From Bacilli bacterium (GTDB taxonomy: Bacteria; Bacillota; Bacilli; Bacillales; Amphibacillaceae), in the NCBI GenBank assembly GCA_012838505.1, contig DUPD01000037.1, positions 3,687 to 67,686 on the forward strand: a stretch of 64,000 bases of DNA. The letters run 5' to 3'. Position numbers and translations under genes: made by a program. The notes under the pieces were generated by a model that worked only from the letters and a program-made list of their open reading frames with translations, ran no database searches and was not told where the DNA came from. Each line of letters begins with the position of its first letter. The stretch's first letter is position 1. Positions 1-14,309 of the stretch are shown in pieces.

Positions 1-6
1 AATAAG

Positions 7-786
7 ATGAAGTTCAATTTAATCACAGAACAACTATACAATGAAAATGATCAAGTTGAAGCATTTTTATACCATGATAGTAAAAACAACCTTGTTGCAA
101 CAGCTAAAATTCCAACTGTCAGCTTTCAAACTTTTGATTGGGCTGAAGTGAAGCGAATTTACCGAAATCTGGGTGTTTTTGTTGCTATTGGATCGACCTT
201 TGAAGTGCTTGTATCAGTAGATGATTTACCACAACATCAAGCAGTTTGGCCAGAAGTAGGTGATCAGTTATATGTCATTTTAACACATGATAAGAAAGGT
301 CGTTTGCTGGCTCAACCGGTTAAAGAAGAGGACTTTGATGGTAGTTGGGATACTGCACCAGAATCACTTTTTAATCAAGATATTAGTGGTCGTGTCTTCA
401 GATCAGGTAAAGAAGGGGCTGTGATCATCAGCGAAGACGGTTATCGCGGTTTTATTCATTATAGTGAACGCAAAGAAGAACCTCGTGTGGGAGAGTGGGT
501 TGATGGACGCGTCATTGAGGTTAAAAAAGACGGCACATTAAATGTTTCATTATTACCCAGAAAACAAGAAGCTCGACTCGAAGATTCTGAAACTATTTTA
601 ACGTATTTAAAAGAAAACAATGGAGAAATGTCACTTGATAATCAATCTTCGCCCGAAGAAATCAAAGCAACTTTTGATCTCAGCAAGTCTGCTTTTAAAC
701 GTGCAATCGGAAAGCTATATAAAGATCGCTTAATTAAGCAGGAAGAGGGAAAAACGATCTTACAGACGAAAGAGGCTGACAAGTAG
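7..786 (+). CDS. cvfB: CvfB/YitL-family S1-domain RNA-binding protein (probably 5'-truncated by the window edge)
   Basis: Repeated S1-like segments (GVFVAIG, GFIHYSER, GRVIEVKKDGTLNVSL) and C-terminal winged helix SSPEEIKATFDLSKSAFKRAIGKLYK; frame is open back to position 1. Confidence 0.85.
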   Translation: MKFNLITEQLYNENDQVEAFLYHDSKNNLVATAKIPTVSFQTFDWAEVKRIYRNLGVFVAIGSTFEVLVSVDDLPQHQAVWPEVGDQLYVILTHDKKGRLLAQPVKEEDFDGSWDTAPESLFNQDISGRVFRSGKEGAVIISEDGYRGFIHYSERKEEPRVGEWVDGRVIEVKKDGTLNVSLLPRKQEARLEDSETILTYLKENNGEMSLDNQSSPEEIKATFDLSKSAFKRAIGKLYKDRLIKQEEGKTILQTKEADK

Positions 787-883
787 TCAAAGAATAGGTA
801 AAAAGTCATTTTCTCAGTTTTTTTGATCTGTTCTTTCCTATATTAAATGAGAAGAATGTATTTAATTATTTAACTCAAAACAT

Positions 884-912
884 TTGAGCCGGTGCTATAT
901 AAGCGATATAAT
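884..912 (+). promoter_or_regulatory. sigmaA-like promoter of the ntp operon
   Basis: TTGAGC-N17-TATAAT upstream of the RBS GAAGGGGG at about 961. Confidence 0.55.
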
Positions 913-977
913 AGTTATGTTCGAGGTTTATAAATCTGTGAATGATGCTTGCTACCAAATGAAGGGGGTGTCAATAG

Positions 978-1290
978 ATGAGTGTTAAGACAATAGAAAA
1001 AGTAAAAGAAATAGAACGACAAGCTGAAGCCCTTGAGCGTGATTATGATCGGCAACTTCTTGAGCTGAAAAAAGAAACAGCTACAAAAATCGAACAAATG
1101 AAAGAGACATTAGCGAGTGAAGTTGCAACTTTCAATGAAAAAGAAATAGAGAAACTCGATAAGAAGTTGCAGATCTTAAAGAAATCAAATCAACAAGAGT
1201 TAGAAGAGCAATTAAATCAGTTAGAAAGTGTTTTTGATAACAAAAAACAAGAACTGGTTAATGCGGTCGTTAAGGAGGTTATGAGAAAGT

Positions 1291-1304
<14 letters not shown>
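978..1304 (+). CDS. ntpF: V-type ATPase peripheral stalk subunit (NtpF, G/H-like)
   Basis: Charged coiled-coil 108 aa, first gene of the operon, overlaps the ntpI start. Confidence 0.75.
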
Positions 1305-3752
<2,448 letters not shown>

Positions 3753-3780
3753 GATTAAATAAAGTGAGAGGATGGAGTGT

Positions 3781-4359
3781 ATGGAAGATATTAAAGTTTT
3801 GTCTGAACAAATTTTGACAAGAGCTAAAAAACAAGGTCAAATGAAACTGGATGATTATGAAAAAGTTGCTGAAGCTAAGCTTAAAGAAACTCGTGAAAAG
3901 ATTGAAGAAAGTGAAAAACGACAAAAAGAGCAAATTATTCAGCAGTTAAACAATGATTATGAGCGTCAGACTCAAACGATGAAAAATAAGCAAAGAAATC
4001 AGATTTTAGCTAAAAAACAAGAGCTATTAAACACCGTTTTTGATCAAGCAGCTACTGAACTAGAAAAATTAAATGACATACAATTTAGTCAATTATTATC
4101 TGGTGTGCTAAGTAAAATAGACGCGAAAAAAGAGTGGTCACTTGTTCCCGGTGAGCTATCACTGGAATTAATGCAATCTGATCAAATAAAAAATATTTTG
4201 ACTCAATATTCATTCGTCACAGTGTCTGACCAGACGATTAATAATAAAGCGGGCTTTATTTTAGATCAAGGTGGAATTAATTATAACTTCTGCTTTGATG
4301 CCCTAATCAATGAACTAAAAAGAGACTTTTCTCCACAACTTGCGACACTAGCATTTTAA
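3781..4359 (+). CDS. ntpE: V-type ATP synthase subunit E
   Basis: Coiled-coil N-terminus, GFIL..GGINYNF C-terminus, operon position; ATG at 3781 preferred from RBS spacing. Confidence 0.88.
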   Translation: MEDIKVLSEQILTRAKKQGQMKLDDYEKVAEAKLKETREKIEESEKRQKEQIIQQLNNDYERQTQTMKNKQRNQILAKKQELLNTVFDQAATELEKLNDIQFSQLLSGVLSKIDAKKEWSLVPGELSLELMQSDQIKNILTQYSFVTVSDQTINNKAGFILDQGGINYNFCFDALINELKRDFSPQLATLAF

Positions 4360-4405
4360 GAAACATTGCTATTCGTTCAAATTAATGAGTAAGGGGGGAG
4401 AATAA

Positions 4406-5410
4406 ATGCAAGATACTGAATATAAAGGGATTAACACACAAATTCGCGTGGCTGAGACAAAGTTGTTCACACGAGAAGACTATGAAAAAATGCTTCGAGC
4501 AGAAGGACTTCGTGGTGCTTTAGATGTTTTGAAGGGCACGGACTATTATTTTGATGAACAGGAAGTGCTAGATACGAAGAACTTTGATCAGTTTTTGATG
4601 GCTCGATTGAAAACAGTTTATGATGAACTTTTTGAGATGACACCAAATCGTGAAGTAGTCCAAATATATACGTTACGTTACAGTTACCACAATCTTAAGG
4701 TGTTGCTCAAACAAAAGGTTAAAGAAGTTGAACTTGAACATTTATTAATCCCAATTGGGAACGAATCAATTTCGACATTACGTAACTTGGTTCAAACTGG
4801 GCAATCGGAAATACTCGACCCAATTATCGTCGAGGCTGTTCAACATGCTTTAGATGATTACAATACATTTGAACGAGTTGAAGCAATTGATGTTTTTATG
4901 GACACGTATTATTACAAGCATATCCGTGCGATTGCTGATGAATTAAATAATGCGACTATATCTAAGGTCGTTGATGTCATGATTGATTTAGACAACTTAT
5001 CAACAGTGATTAGAAGTTTAAATCAACAGAAATCACGGTCATTTCTCCATACGGTGCTATCGAGCTCTGGCTCAATTGCTAAACAAGCCATTATTGATGC
5101 AGCTGATCAAGGTAAGGGAGCTTTAAGTGAACTTTATTTAAGTCAGCCTTATGCAAAAGATTTAGAAGCTATTCTAGCTGACTCTAGATCTGAGATCAAT
5201 CCGATGATGCTTGACCGAGTTATCGAAGAAATTATTGATGAATTAATGGGCGAAGGAAAGTATCAAGCTTTCGGTCCAATGCCAGTAGTGGCTTATATAT
5301 TTGCAATTGAAAAAGAAATTACAAATATTCGTTTAATTCTTGTCGGTAAAGATAATCAAATCGATGAAGAAATTTTAAGGGAAAGGATGCGACCTATTTA
5401 TGGCTCATAA
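4406..5410 (+). CDS. ntpC: V-type ATP synthase subunit C (d)
   Basis: [35 protein letters not shown] motifs. Confidence 0.93.
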   Translation: MQDTEYKGINTQIRVAETKLFTREDYEKMLRAEGLRGALDVLKGTDYYFDEQEVLDTKNFDQFLMARLKTVYDELFEMTPNREVVQIYTLRYSYHNLKVLLKQKVKEVELEHLLIPIGNESISTLRNLVQTGQSEILDPIIVEAVQHALDDYNTFERVEAIDVFMDTYYYKHIRAIADELNNATISKVVDVMIDLDNLSTVIRSLNQQKSRSFLHTVLSSSGSIAKQAIIDAADQGKGALSELYLSQPYAKDLEAILADSRSEINPMMLDRVIEEIIDELMGEGKYQAFGPMPVVAYIFAIEKEITNIRLILVGKDNQIDEEILRERMRPIYGS

Positions 5411-5711
5411 AATAGCAGTAGTTGGAGACAAAGATTCGGTGCTTCCTTTTAAAATCCTTGGGTTTGATGTGTTTGCAGCTGATACAGGTAAAAAAGCAAG
5501 GCAAACAATTGATTCTTTAGCAGAGCAAAGCTACGGAGTGATCTATTTGACTGAAACAGTTGCTAAAGAAATACCAGATACAATTAAGCGATATGACGCA
5601 GAAGTTAAGCCTGCGATTATCTTAATTCCAAATCATAAGGGATCACTAAATATCGGGAAAAACCGAATTGAAAAAAATGTTGAAAAAGCAGTAGGACAAA
5701 ATATTTTATAA
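5400..5711 (+). CDS. ntpG: V-type ATP synthase subunit F (NtpG)
   Basis: [18 protein letters not shown] ... [10 protein letters not shown]. Confidence 0.95.
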   Translation: MAHKIAVVGDKDSVLPFKILGFDVFAADTGKKARQTIDSLAEQSYGVIYLTETVAKEIPDTIKRYDAEVKPAIILIPNHKGSLNIGKNRIEKNVEKAVGQNIL

Positions 5712-5727
5712 CTAGGAGGGGACTTAT

Positions 5728-7521
5728 TTGAAAAAAGGAAGAATTGTCAAGGTTTCCGGTCCTTTAGTTATGGCAGAGGGTATGGAGCAAGCGAATATCC
5801 AAGACCTTTGCTATGTAGGGGACATGAGATTAGTCGGTGAAATCATTGAAATGCGTAATGATGTCGCCTCTATTCAAGTATACGAAGAAACCTCTGGACT
5901 CGGCCCTGGCGAACCGGTCGAAACGACTGGTGAAGCTTTATCTGTAGAATTAGGTCCTGGAATCGTTTCACAAATGTTTGACGGGATTCAACGACCACTT
6001 GATACGTTTAAAGAAAAAACTGAAAGCGACTATCTTGTTAGGGGCGTTAATATTTCAAATTTAGATCGTGATAAAAAATGGTCTTTTACAGCGACAAAAT
6101 CAGTTGGTGATCAAGTTGAGACCGGTGATATTGTCGGTACGATTCAAGAGACAAAAGTTATTGAACACCGAATTATGGTTCCTCATGGTGTGAAAGGGAC
6201 AATTAAATCGATTGAAAGTGGCGATTACACATTAAATGATATCGTTTATACAATTGAAACAGAAGATGGCGTTAAAGAATTAACACTGCTTCAAAAATGG
6301 CCCGTTCGTCGTGGTCGTCCATTTAAGAAAAAGTTAAATCCAAATCAGCCAATGGTCACTGGTCAACGTGTCATTGATACATTTTTCCCAATTACAAAGG
6401 GTGGCGTGTCTGCTGTACCTGGACCGTTTGGTGCTGGTAAAACAGTTGTACAGCACCAAATTGCGAAATTCAGTGACGTTGATCTTGTTGTTTACGTTGG
6501 ATGTGGTGAACGTGGAAATGAGATGACAGACGTTCTGAATGAATTTCCTGAGTTGATTGACCCAAACACTGGTGAATCATTGATGGAACGGACAATCTTA
6601 ATTGCGAACACGTCAAACATGCCAGTAGCTGCACGTGAGGCATCAATTTATACAGGTATAACAATTGCTGAGTATTTCCGTGACATGGGTTATAGTGTTG
6701 CGATTATGGCTGATTCTACTTCACGTTGGGCTGAAGCACTTCGTGAAATGTCAGGTCGTTTAGAAGAGATGCCAGGGGATGAAGGTTATCCAGCCTATTT
6801 AGGAAGCCGTATCGCTGAATATTATGAGCGTGCTGGTCGTGTGATTTCAGTTGGATCTGATGATCGTGAAGGAAGTATTACGGCAATTGGTGCAGTTTCA
6901 CCTCCAGGTGGAGATACATCAGAGCCCGTGACACAAAATACATTACGTGTCGTAAAAGTTTACTGGGCACTTGATTCAGCTCTATCACAAAAGCGTCATT
7001 TCCCGTCAATAAACTGGTTAACATCTTACTCACTTTACCTAACAGAAGTTGGTGAGTACATGGATGAAGCTTTAAAAACAGATTGGTCGAAAATGGTTCA
7101 GCACTCAATGAATCTATTACAAGAAGAGGCTGAGCTAGAAGAGATTGTTCGTCTTGTTGGGATTGAATCGCTATCAGAAAAAGACCGCTTAACAATGGTC
7201 ATCGCGCAATCACTAAAAGAAGATTATCTCCAGCAAAACGCTTTTGACGATGTGGATACATACACTTCACGTCAAAAACAATTCGTCATGCTTGATTTGA
7301 TCTTATCGTTTGAAAAAGAAGCGCGTGAAGCGATGAAGCTCGGTGCTTATTTTGATGAAATTATTGAGGGTACAGATGAACTCCGTGATCGAATTGCCCG
7401 AGCTAAATATATAAGTGAAGATCAAATCGATCAAATTAAAGCAATTAAGGAAGATACAAAAGAAATAATTCATCAGATTATTTCTAGAGGAGGGATGACA
7501 GAAAATGCTGAAGGAGTATAA
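5728..7521 (+). CDS. ntpA: V-type ATP synthase catalytic subunit A
   Basis: P-loop [29 protein letters not shown]; TTG start after AGGAGG; no intein. Confidence 0.98.
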   Translation: MKKGRIVKVSGPLVMAEGMEQANIQDLCYVGDMRLVGEIIEMRNDVASIQVYEETSGLGPGEPVETTGEALSVELGPGIVSQMFDGIQRPLDTFKEKTESDYLVRGVNISNLDRDKKWSFTATKSVGDQVETGDIVGTIQETKVIEHRIMVPHGVKGTIKSIESGDYTLNDIVYTIETEDGVKELTLLQKWPVRRGRPFKKKLNPNQPMVTGQRVIDTFFPITKGGVSAVPGPFGAGKTVVQHQIAKFSDVDLVVYVGCGERGNEMTDVLNEFPELIDPNTGESLMERTILIANTSNMPVAAREASIYTGITIAEYFRDMGYSVAIMADSTSRWAEALREMSGRLEEMPGDEGYPAYLGSRIAEYYERAGRVISVGSDDREGSITAIGAVSPPGGDTSEPVTQNTLRVVKVYWALDSALSQKRHFPSINWLTSYSLYLTEVGEYMDEALKTDWSKMVQHSMNLLQEEAELEEIVRLVGIESLSEKDRLTMVIAQSLKEDYLQQNAFDDVDTYTSRQKQFVMLDLILSFEKEAREAMKLGAYFDEIIEGTDELRDRIARAKYISEDQIDQIKAIKEDTKEIIHQIISRGGMTENAEGV

Positions 7522-8881
7522 AACAGTTAGTGAAGTCATTGGACCTCTAATGGCGGTCGAGCAAGTCGAAGGTGTTAAGTATGATGAACTTGTTGAAGTC
7601 CAAATGCAAACAGGTGAAATCAGACACGGTCAAGTACTTGAAGTTGATGGCGATAAAGCGATGGTGCAAATTTTTGAAGGGCCAAGTGGAATCAATATTA
7701 AAGATACAAAAGTTCGCTTCCGAGGAAAACCACTTTCTCTCGATGTCTCTGAAGATATGGTGGGGAGAGTTTTTGACGGAATGGGTCAACCGATGGATGA
7801 TGGCCCAGCGATTATCCCTGAGGCGAGTTTAGATGTAAATGGTCAAGCGATTAATCCAATTGCCCGTGACTATCCGGATGAGTTTATTCAAACGGGGATC
7901 TCGTCAATTGATCATTTGAACACACTCGTTCGTGGTCAAAAATTGCCTGTATTCTCTGGATCAGGTCTACCACACCGTGATTTAGCTGCTCAAATTGCAC
8001 GTCAAGCATCTGTGTTAAACAGTGATGAAAAATTTGCAGTTGTTTTTGCGGCGATGGGGATCACTTTTGATGAAGCTGAGTTCTTCATGGAAGATTTCCG
8101 TAAAACAGGTGCGATTGATCGTTCAGTTATGTTTATTAACTTAGCGAATGACCCTGCGATTGAGCGGATTGCGACACCAAAAATGGCATTGACTACAGCT
8201 GAGTACTTAGCTTTTGAAAAAGATATGCACGTACTCGTAATTATGACGGATATGACTTATTATTGTGAGGCATTACGTGAAATCTCTGCAGCTCGTCGTG
8301 AGGTTCCAGGTCGACGCGGTTATCCCGGGTATCTGTATACGAACCTTTCAACATTATATGAGCGTGCAGGACGTTTAGTTGGCAAAAAAGGATCAGTCAC
8401 GCAAATTCCAATCCTGTCAATGCCAGAGGATGATATTACACATCCAATTCCAGATTTAACAGGTTATATTACTGAAGGGCAAATTATTCTTTCTCGTGAA
8501 TTGCACAATGCGGGTGTGAAGCCACCGATTGACGTGCTTCCATCGCTATCACGATTAAAAGATAAGGGAACAGGTGAAGGGAAAACCCGTGTTGACCATG
8601 CACCAACAATGAACCAATTATTTGCTGCATACGCAAAAGGGAAAGAAGCAAAAGAATTAGCGATTGTTCTTGGAGATTCTGCTCTATCAAAAACTGATCG
8701 ATTATACGTTGAATTTACTGATCGTTTTGAAGAAGAATATATCAATCAAGGTTTTTACACAAACCGTACAATTGAAGAAACATTAGATTTAGGCTGGAAG
8801 TTGCTTTCAATCTTGCCTAAGTCTGAATTGAAACGGATTAAGAGTGATATGATTGAAAAGTTTATGCCGGAAGGAGAGTGA
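7505..8881 (+). CDS. ntpB: V-type ATP synthase subunit B
   Basis: [31 protein letters not shown]-like motif, [16 protein letters not shown]. Confidence 0.98.
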   Translation: MLKEYKTVSEVIGPLMAVEQVEGVKYDELVEVQMQTGEIRHGQVLEVDGDKAMVQIFEGPSGINIKDTKVRFRGKPLSLDVSEDMVGRVFDGMGQPMDDGPAIIPEASLDVNGQAINPIARDYPDEFIQTGISSIDHLNTLVRGQKLPVFSGSGLPHRDLAAQIARQASVLNSDEKFAVVFAAMGITFDEAEFFMEDFRKTGAIDRSVMFINLANDPAIERIATPKMALTTAEYLAFEKDMHVLVIMTDMTYYCEALREISAARREVPGRRGYPGYLYTNLSTLYERAGRLVGKKGSVTQIPILSMPEDDITHPIPDLTGYITEGQIILSRELHNAGVKPPIDVLPSLSRLKDKGTGEGKTRVDHAPTMNQLFAAYAKGKEAKELAIVLGDSALSKTDRLYVEFTDRFEEEYINQGFYTNRTIEETLDLGWKLLSILPKSELKRIKSDMIEKFMPEGE

Positions 8882-8888
8882 TTAGGTC

Positions 8889-9518
8889 ATGGCGAGATTA
8901 GATGTCAAGCCAACTCGGATGGAATTATCCAACCTTAAAGACCGTTTAGCCATTTCAACTCGTGGTCATAAGCTTTTAAAGGATAAGCAGGACGAACTGA
9001 TGCGTCAGTTCATTACGTTAATTCGTCAAAATAATGAATTGCGTGCAGAAGTGGAGGAAGAACTAACAGAAGCGATGCGTGCTTTTGTTGTGGCGAAATC
9101 TTTATTAAATGAATCCTTTATTGAAGAATTATTTGCTGTTCCAAATACGTCGGTTACTTTAGATATACAAGAGAAAAACATTATGAGCGTAATCGTGCCT
9201 CAAATGGATTTCATGGTTGATGAAGCTGTTAAAGAACTAGAAATGCAATATGGATTTCTAAACTCAAATAGTGAGCTTGATCTAGCAATTGATCGAATTA
9301 AAACGATTTTACCTAAACTCTTAAAGCTTTCTGAAATCGAGAAAACCTGTCAGTTGCTAGCTGATGAGATTGAGAAAACTCGACGTCGAGTGAATGCGCT
9401 TGAGTATTTAAAGATTCCAGAACTAGAAGAAACAATTTATTATATCGAAATGAAGCTTGAAGAAAATGAACGTGCCAATATTACTCGAATTATGAAAGTT
9501 AAAGATATGGGGCAATAA
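8889..9518 (+). CDS. ntpD: V-type ATP synthase subunit D
   Basis: [29 protein letters not shown]. Confidence 0.97.
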   Translation: MARLDVKPTRMELSNLKDRLAISTRGHKLLKDKQDELMRQFITLIRQNNELRAEVEEELTEAMRAFVVAKSLLNESFIEELFAVPNTSVTLDIQEKNIMSVIVPQMDFMVDEAVKELEMQYGFLNSNSELDLAIDRIKTILPKLLKLSEIEKTCQLLADEIEKTRRRVNALEYLKIPELEETIYYIEMKLEENERANITRIMKVKDMGQ

Positions 9519-9522
9519 GCTC

Positions 9523-9559
9523 AAAAAACCATTCGTTGTTAATCGACGGATGGTTTTTT
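9523..9559 (+). terminator. Intrinsic terminator of the ntp operon
   Basis: AAAAAACCATTCGTTG / CGACGGATGGTTTTTT hairpin with U tract. Confidence 0.85.
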
Positions 9560-9671
9560 AGTGAAGCAATATAGTTGACACTTCTCGGCTTAATGATTAG
9601 AATGATTTTTAACTATAAAATATGATAATTCATATTATTCAGTTAATTTAAACTAAAGGTGGTGTCAAAGC

Positions 9672-10001
9672 ATGGATAAAGTAAAAAGAAAGCAGATAAT
9701 GATTGGTGATTGGGTTAACTTAAGATCAAGTAAGGGTGAACAGATTCATGGTTATGTTGAAAAAACGACGGGTGATCATGAAGTCGTCCAATTACGTGTC
9801 GTTTCTAGTGAGAATCAAATCTTAGTTGGTCAGAGCATCCAGGTTCAAGTGAACAAAGTAACGAAAGAAGATGAGATCGAACAATATAGTGCTGGGGAAT
9901 TAAAGCAGTTAATTGATCTTGCCCTACTAACAAATGATAAAGCATGGTTTGGCTCACTGATGACAAAATATCAAAAGTTGAAGATTAAACAAAATAATTA
10001 A
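9672..10001 (+). CDS. IDEAL-domain protein
   Basis: C-terminal LKQLIDLALLTNDKAWF motif; RBS AAGGTGG; upstream TTGACA-N17-TAGAAT. Confidence 0.75.
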   Translation: MDKVKRKQIMIGDWVNLRSSKGEQIHGYVEKTTGDHEVVQLRVVSSENQILVGQSIQVQVNKVTKEDEIEQYSAGELKQLIDLALLTNDKAWFGSLMTKYQKLKIKQNN

Positions 10002-10020
10002 TTTTAAAATTTTAATTATG

Positions 10021-10057
10021 AAAAAGGAATTCAGTTGCTGAACTGGATTCCTTTTTT
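10021..10057 (+). terminator. Intrinsic terminator
   Basis: AAAAAGGAATTCAGTT / AACTGGATTCCTTTTT. Confidence 0.85.
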
Positions 10058-10116
10058 CATATCATTATAATTTAAATAGATTTACTTCTACTTAAATGGT
10101 TTAGAGGTGACACTCC

Positions 10117-10247
10117 GTGATCTGCACTCTGGGTGGACGCTTTCCGCGGGATCGGCCTCAACTTTTATTGTTCCACTACCGTGTCACAATAAGGATTTTC
10201 GGACTCGATCTTGTCCCGCTGGAGTCGCCACCCGTCGTTCCAATCAC
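10117..10247 (-). repeat. Bacillaceae-1-type palindromic repeat / structured RNA element
   Basis: GC-rich island in an AT-rich intergenic region; nested inverted repeats GTGAT/ATCAC, GGGTGG/CCACCC, GCGGGA/TCCCGC, TTATTG/CAATAA; minus strand reads GATTGGA...GACTCCAGCGGGA...CCCGCGGAAAGCG as in Bacillaceae repeats. Confidence 0.75.
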
Positions 10248-10514
10248 TTGGTTGGCGCTTTTGATAATGAATTATAAATTGATTATTTTTTGAAAAAGAC
10301 TTGAATTATTTGATGTTATTTTAAATGTAAAATTAAAACATACAAAGGAAATTCTAATAATTCTAAGACTTCAAAGAATCCAAAAGATTATAAAAATATA
10401 ATTGATTCTATTTACGAGAAAACCTTAAATAGAATCTTTTTACTTAGTAAGACTAGGTGGTGTCTCAGATTTTTTTAATTTGATTAGATCGATCAAGCTA
10501 ATCACGCACTTCAA

Positions 10515-10577
10515 TTGACATCATTCAAAATCTATGTTAAAAAATATATGTTAGCACTCTAACTGTCTAAGTGCTAA
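10515..10577 (+). promoter_or_regulatory. htpG sigmaA promoter plus CIRCE (HrcA) operator
   Basis: TTGACA (10515)-N17-TAAAAA; TTAGCACTC-N9-AAGTGCTAA at 10551-10577, one mismatch to the CIRCE consensus. Confidence 0.85.
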
Positions 10578-10601
10578 TTACATATTTAGAAAGAGGAGAT
10601 A

Positions 10602-12482
10602 ATGATGGCAAAACAACAATTTGAAGCAGAATCAAAACGATTATTAGATTTAATGATCAACTCGATTTACTCAAAGAGAGAAGTTTTCTTAAGAGAATTG
10701 ATTTCAAATGCAAGTGATGCAATTGACAAAATGTATTACTTAGCACTTACTGATGATTCAATTACGTTTGATCAAAGTGATTACTACATACGAATTGACG
10801 TTGACAAAGAGAAACGTCAATTAACGGTTACCGACACTGGAATTGGGATGACAAAAGAAGAGTTGGCATCTAATCTAGGTGTGATTGCTAAAAGTGGTTC
10901 GTTAGCATTTAAAAATGAGAATGAAATTAAAGATGGGCATGACATCATTGGTCAATTTGGGGTTGGTTTTTATGCAGCTTTTATGGTCGCTGATCATGTA
11001 ACCGTTCAGTCGAAAGCGCACGGAGAAGAACAAGCTTATCAGTGGTATTCTGAAGGTGCTGAAGGCTTTACGATTGAACCATGTGAGAAAGAAAGCGTAG
11101 GAACGACGATTACTTTAAAGATTAAAGAAAATGCTGATGAAGAGGATTTTGATCAGTTTTTAGAGCCTAGTCATCTACAATCGATCATTAAGAAGTATTC
11201 AGACTTTATTCGCTATCCAATCAAAATGGAACTTTCAGAACAAAAACTTAAAGCAGATTCTGACGATGAATATGAAACAGTAATTGAAGAGAAAACTGTT
11301 AATAGTATGGTTCCGATTTGGAAGAAAAATAAGTCAGAACTAACAGATGATGATTATATTCAATTTTATCAAGAGAAGCATTATGGATTTGATCAGCCAC
11401 TTAATCATATTCACATAAGTGTGGATGGGAATATTCGCTATCAAGCGATTCTTTATATTCCTGAAACAGCACCATATGATTACTATTCAGCTGAATATGA
11501 AAAAGGTTTAGAACTCTATTCGAGTGGTGTATTAATCATGAACAAAGCTCCTGAATTATTACCCGATTACTTCAGCTTTGTGAAAGGATTAGTTGATTCT
11601 GAAGATCTATCATTAAATATTTCTCGTGAAATGCTCCAGCACGATCGTCAATTGAAATTGATTGAAAAGAATTTAACACGTAAAATTAAACAAGAATTAT
11701 TAAAAATGTTACGTAATGACCGAGAAAAATATGAGAAATTTTACGAAGCATTTGGTCGTCAATTAAAATTTGGTGTCTATAATGACTTTGGTCAACATAA
11801 AGAGACATTAAAAGATCTGTTGCTCTTCTATTCTTCAACTGAGAAAAAATTAGTGACATTAAAAGAATATGTTGAGCGAATGAAAGAGGGGCAAGACTCA
11901 ATTTTCTATGCAACTGGTGAATCAAATGCTCGAATTGAACGATTACCACAAACAGAATTGGTTCAAGAAAAGGGATATGAAATCTTATATTTAACAGATG
12001 ATATTGATGAGTTTGCAATTAAAATGTTAGTTGATTATGATGAAAAAACTTTTAAATCTGTATCGAGTGGGGATCTTAATTTAGTAGATGATCAAGATGA
12101 AGAGTCAGCTGAATTAACAGATGAAGAACAAGCATTGTTTAATAAAATGAAAGAAATTCTAAAAGATAAGGTGACGGATGTTCGACGTTCGAAACGATTA
12201 AAATCACATCCGGTTTGTTTAACAAATGAAGGTGAAATTTCAATTGAAATGGAAAAGGTATTAAGTATGATGCCTGATAACCAAGGAATCCAAGCAAATA
12301 AAGTACTTGAAATTAATACGGATCATGCCATTTTCCAATCATTAAAAACAATTGAGCAAAATGAAGCAGACAAGCTTGAAAAATACGCAAACATATTATA
12401 CAATCAAGCACTCTTAATTGAAGGGTTACCAATTGAAGATCCACTAAGCTTTACGAATGATGTGTGGGAAGTTTTAAAATAA
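10602..12482 (+). CDS. htpG: Chaperone HtpG (Hsp90)
   Basis: [39 protein letters not shown]. Confidence 0.98.
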   Translation: MMAKQQFEAESKRLLDLMINSIYSKREVFLRELISNASDAIDKMYYLALTDDSITFDQSDYYIRIDVDKEKRQLTVTDTGIGMTKEELASNLGVIAKSGSLAFKNENEIKDGHDIIGQFGVGFYAAFMVADHVTVQSKAHGEEQAYQWYSEGAEGFTIEPCEKESVGTTITLKIKENADEEDFDQFLEPSHLQSIIKKYSDFIRYPIKMELSEQKLKADSDDEYETVIEEKTVNSMVPIWKKNKSELTDDDYIQFYQEKHYGFDQPLNHIHISVDGNIRYQAILYIPETAPYDYYSAEYEKGLELYSSGVLIMNKAPELLPDYFSFVKGLVDSEDLSLNISREMLQHDRQLKLIEKNLTRKIKQELLKMLRNDREKYEKFYEAFGRQLKFGVYNDFGQHKETLKDLLLFYSSTEKKLVTLKEYVERMKEGQDSIFYATGESNARIERLPQTELVQEKGYEILYLTDDIDEFAIKMLVDYDEKTFKSVSSGDLNLVDDQDEESAELTDEEQALFNKMKEILKDKVTDVRRSKRLKSHPVCLTNEGEISIEMEKVLSMMPDNQGIQANKVLEINTDHAIFQSLKTIEQNEADKLEKYANILYNQALLIEGLPIEDPLSFTNDVWEVLK

Positions 12483-12554
12483 GCTACAATTTACACCTAA
12501 GTAATGTATAATTTTGTCGAATCGTGCCATCCTAATGCTATTGGAGGTGTTAGG

Positions 12555-12992
12555 ATGGAACACGTAAAATTAATTATGATTAAGTATTTTGCAACGTTCG
12601 TATTACTCTACTTAGTGTTAGGAATTGCTTACGGACTGACAACAAGTCAAATTTTCTTCGTTAGCTTGATTAGTTTGGCGCTCTATTTTCTTGGAGATCT
12701 CTTTATTTTAGATCAAACGAACAATTTTATCGCAACATTTTCAGATGTTGTCATTAACTTTATCGTAATCTATCTCCTATTGGGTGTAGTAGGTTTTGCT
12801 GGTGACCGATTAATCGCAGCATTCATCTCATCGATCGTACTTGGCTTTTATGAAATCTTTTTTCATCTATACGTCACAGAAGAATTCAGTTATGAACATG
12901 AACCGATTTCAATCGGACGCTATGACTATTTGATGGAGTTGTCAGAAGAATTTGAGCCGTTTATTGACGATGAGGAAGATGATTATTACTAG
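12555..12992 (+). CDS. YndM/DUF2512-family membrane protein
   Basis: Four TM segments, Y-LGDLFIL, ATFSD, E-FFH-Y, acidic tail with ELSEE; ATG 12555 after GGAGGTG; sigmaG-like GTATA-N17-CATCCTA at 12506-12534. Confidence 0.75.
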   Translation: MEHVKLIMIKYFATFVLLYLVLGIAYGLTTSQIFFVSLISLALYFLGDLFILDQTNNFIATFSDVVINFIVIYLLLGVVGFAGDRLIAAFISSIVLGFYEIFFHLYVTEEFSYEHEPISIGRYDYLMELSEEFEPFIDDEEDDYY

Positions 12993-13024
12993 ATAATCAA
13001 CTAATTAACAATTTAATGACTGAG

Positions 13025-13065
13025 AAAAAGCACTGGGTTTCTATTTGAAATCACAGTGCTTTTTT
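13025..13065 (+). terminator. Intrinsic terminator
   Basis: AAAAAGCACTG...CAGTGCTTTTTT. Confidence 0.85.
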
Positions 13066-13151
13066 AGAGAATATGATTTGACAATCGGATCATTAATCCG
13101 TAAGCTTTTAGTAGTATTTGCTTGTTAGAGCTATTGAATGGGGGAAATCGT

Positions 13152-13697
13152 TTGAAACTATTAATTGACTTATTTTTTACATTCTCACGAGTAGGGTTGC
13201 TAACCTTTGGTGGTGGTTATGCAATGCTACCTATTTTACAAAAAGAAGTTGGCGAAACAAAAAAATGGGCTACCGAGGAAGAAATGATTGACTATTTTGC
13301 GATCGGTCAAACGACACCAGGCATAATCGCTGTTAATACGGCCACATTTATCGGTCAAAAACAGCGAGGAATACTTGGTGGAATTGCTGCAACACTGGGT
13401 TTAGTTTTTCCATCATACATAATCATCACAATCATCGCCATGTTTATGCGTAATTTCTCAGATTCAGTAATTTTACAAAATGCATTTGCAGGAATCAGGG
13501 TCAGCGTCTATGTGCTCATTTTAAATGCTGTACTTAAATTATGGAAAAGTTCTGTCGTTGATAAAATCGGTTTGCTGATCTTTTTACTCGTCTTTACATT
13601 GTCTATTTTCACGAATTGGTCACCAGCAGTTTTTGTAGTTATTGCAGGTGTTATTGGTGTAATTGTGAAGTGGCAAGAGAGGAGGCAAGTTAAATGA
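13152..13697 (+). CDS. Short-chain chromate transporter (CHR family), first half
   Basis: FGGGYAMLP, GQTTPGIIAVNTATFIG; TTG start after GGGGG RBS. Confidence 0.9.
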   Translation: MKLLIDLFFTFSRVGLLTFGGGYAMLPILQKEVGETKKWATEEEMIDYFAIGQTTPGIIAVNTATFIGQKQRGILGGIAATLGLVFPSYIIITIIAMFMRNFSDSVILQNAFAGIRVSVYVLILNAVLKLWKSSVVDKIGLLIFLLVFTLSIFTNWSPAVFVVIAGVIGVIVKWQERRQVK

Positions 13698-14272
13698 TCT
13701 ATTTACAGTTATTTTATGAATTTTTTAAAACAGGTTTGTTTGCGGTTGGTGGTGGCCTTGCCACATTACCATTCTTATACGATATGTCTGATTCAACAGG
13801 CTGGTTTACTCATGAACAGTTAGCAGATATGATTGCAATCTCGGAATCAACTCCAGGTGCGATCGGGATTAATATGGCTACCTATACAGGGCATTTAACG
13901 GCTGGATACCTTGGTGGGCTCGTTGCGACAATTGGACTTGTGACACCTTCGATTATTATTATTTTAATTATTGCACGTGTGTTAACCAAATTTAGAGAAA
14001 ATCAGATTGTTGAAGCAACTTTTTACGGTTTAAGACCGGCTTCAACAGCATTAATTGCAGCAGCTGGTTTTTCAGTTGTCTGGCTTGATTTGTTTGACTT
14101 TTCTCATTTAGTTAATACAAATGACTGGCTTGGTTTTATTAATTTAAAAGCACTTGTTTTAGCTGTCATTCTTTTTTTCTTAATGAGACATAAACTTGTG
14201 AAGCATTTACATCCGATCTTTTTCATTGCTCTATCAGCAATTGTTGGGATGATCTTTCAATTCGCTCAATAA
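13694..14272 (+). CDS. Short-chain chromate transporter (CHR family), second half
   Basis: GLFAVGGGLATLP, SESTPGAIGINMATY; coupled to the upstream gene. Confidence 0.9.
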   Translation: MIYLQLFYEFFKTGLFAVGGGLATLPFLYDMSDSTGWFTHEQLADMIAISESTPGAIGINMATYTGHLTAGYLGGLVATIGLVTPSIIIILIIARVLTKFRENQIVEATFYGLRPASTALIAAAGFSVVWLDLFDFSHLVNTNDWLGFINLKALVLAVILFFLMRHKLVKHLHPIFFIALSAIVGMIFQFAQ

Positions 14273-14309
14273 AAAAAGTAATAAATTCTAATTTAAAAGG
14301 ACGATTAAT

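Noticed and set aside
913-977. Possible Na+ or fluoride riboswitch in the ntp leader (AATGATGCTTGCTAC)
   Set aside because: The leader is short and lacks the paired elements and conserved 5' segments of the crcB or DUF1646 motifs as I recall them.
6470-8745. Several short antisense or alternate-frame ORFs inside ntpA/ntpB, and similar ones inside other genes across the window
   Set aside because: Shadow ORFs of well-conserved genes with no RBS or motifs.
13082-13100. CGGAT-N5-ATCCG palindrome in the chromate transporter promoter spacer
   Set aside because: Only 5-bp arms and no regulator gene nearby; could be chance.
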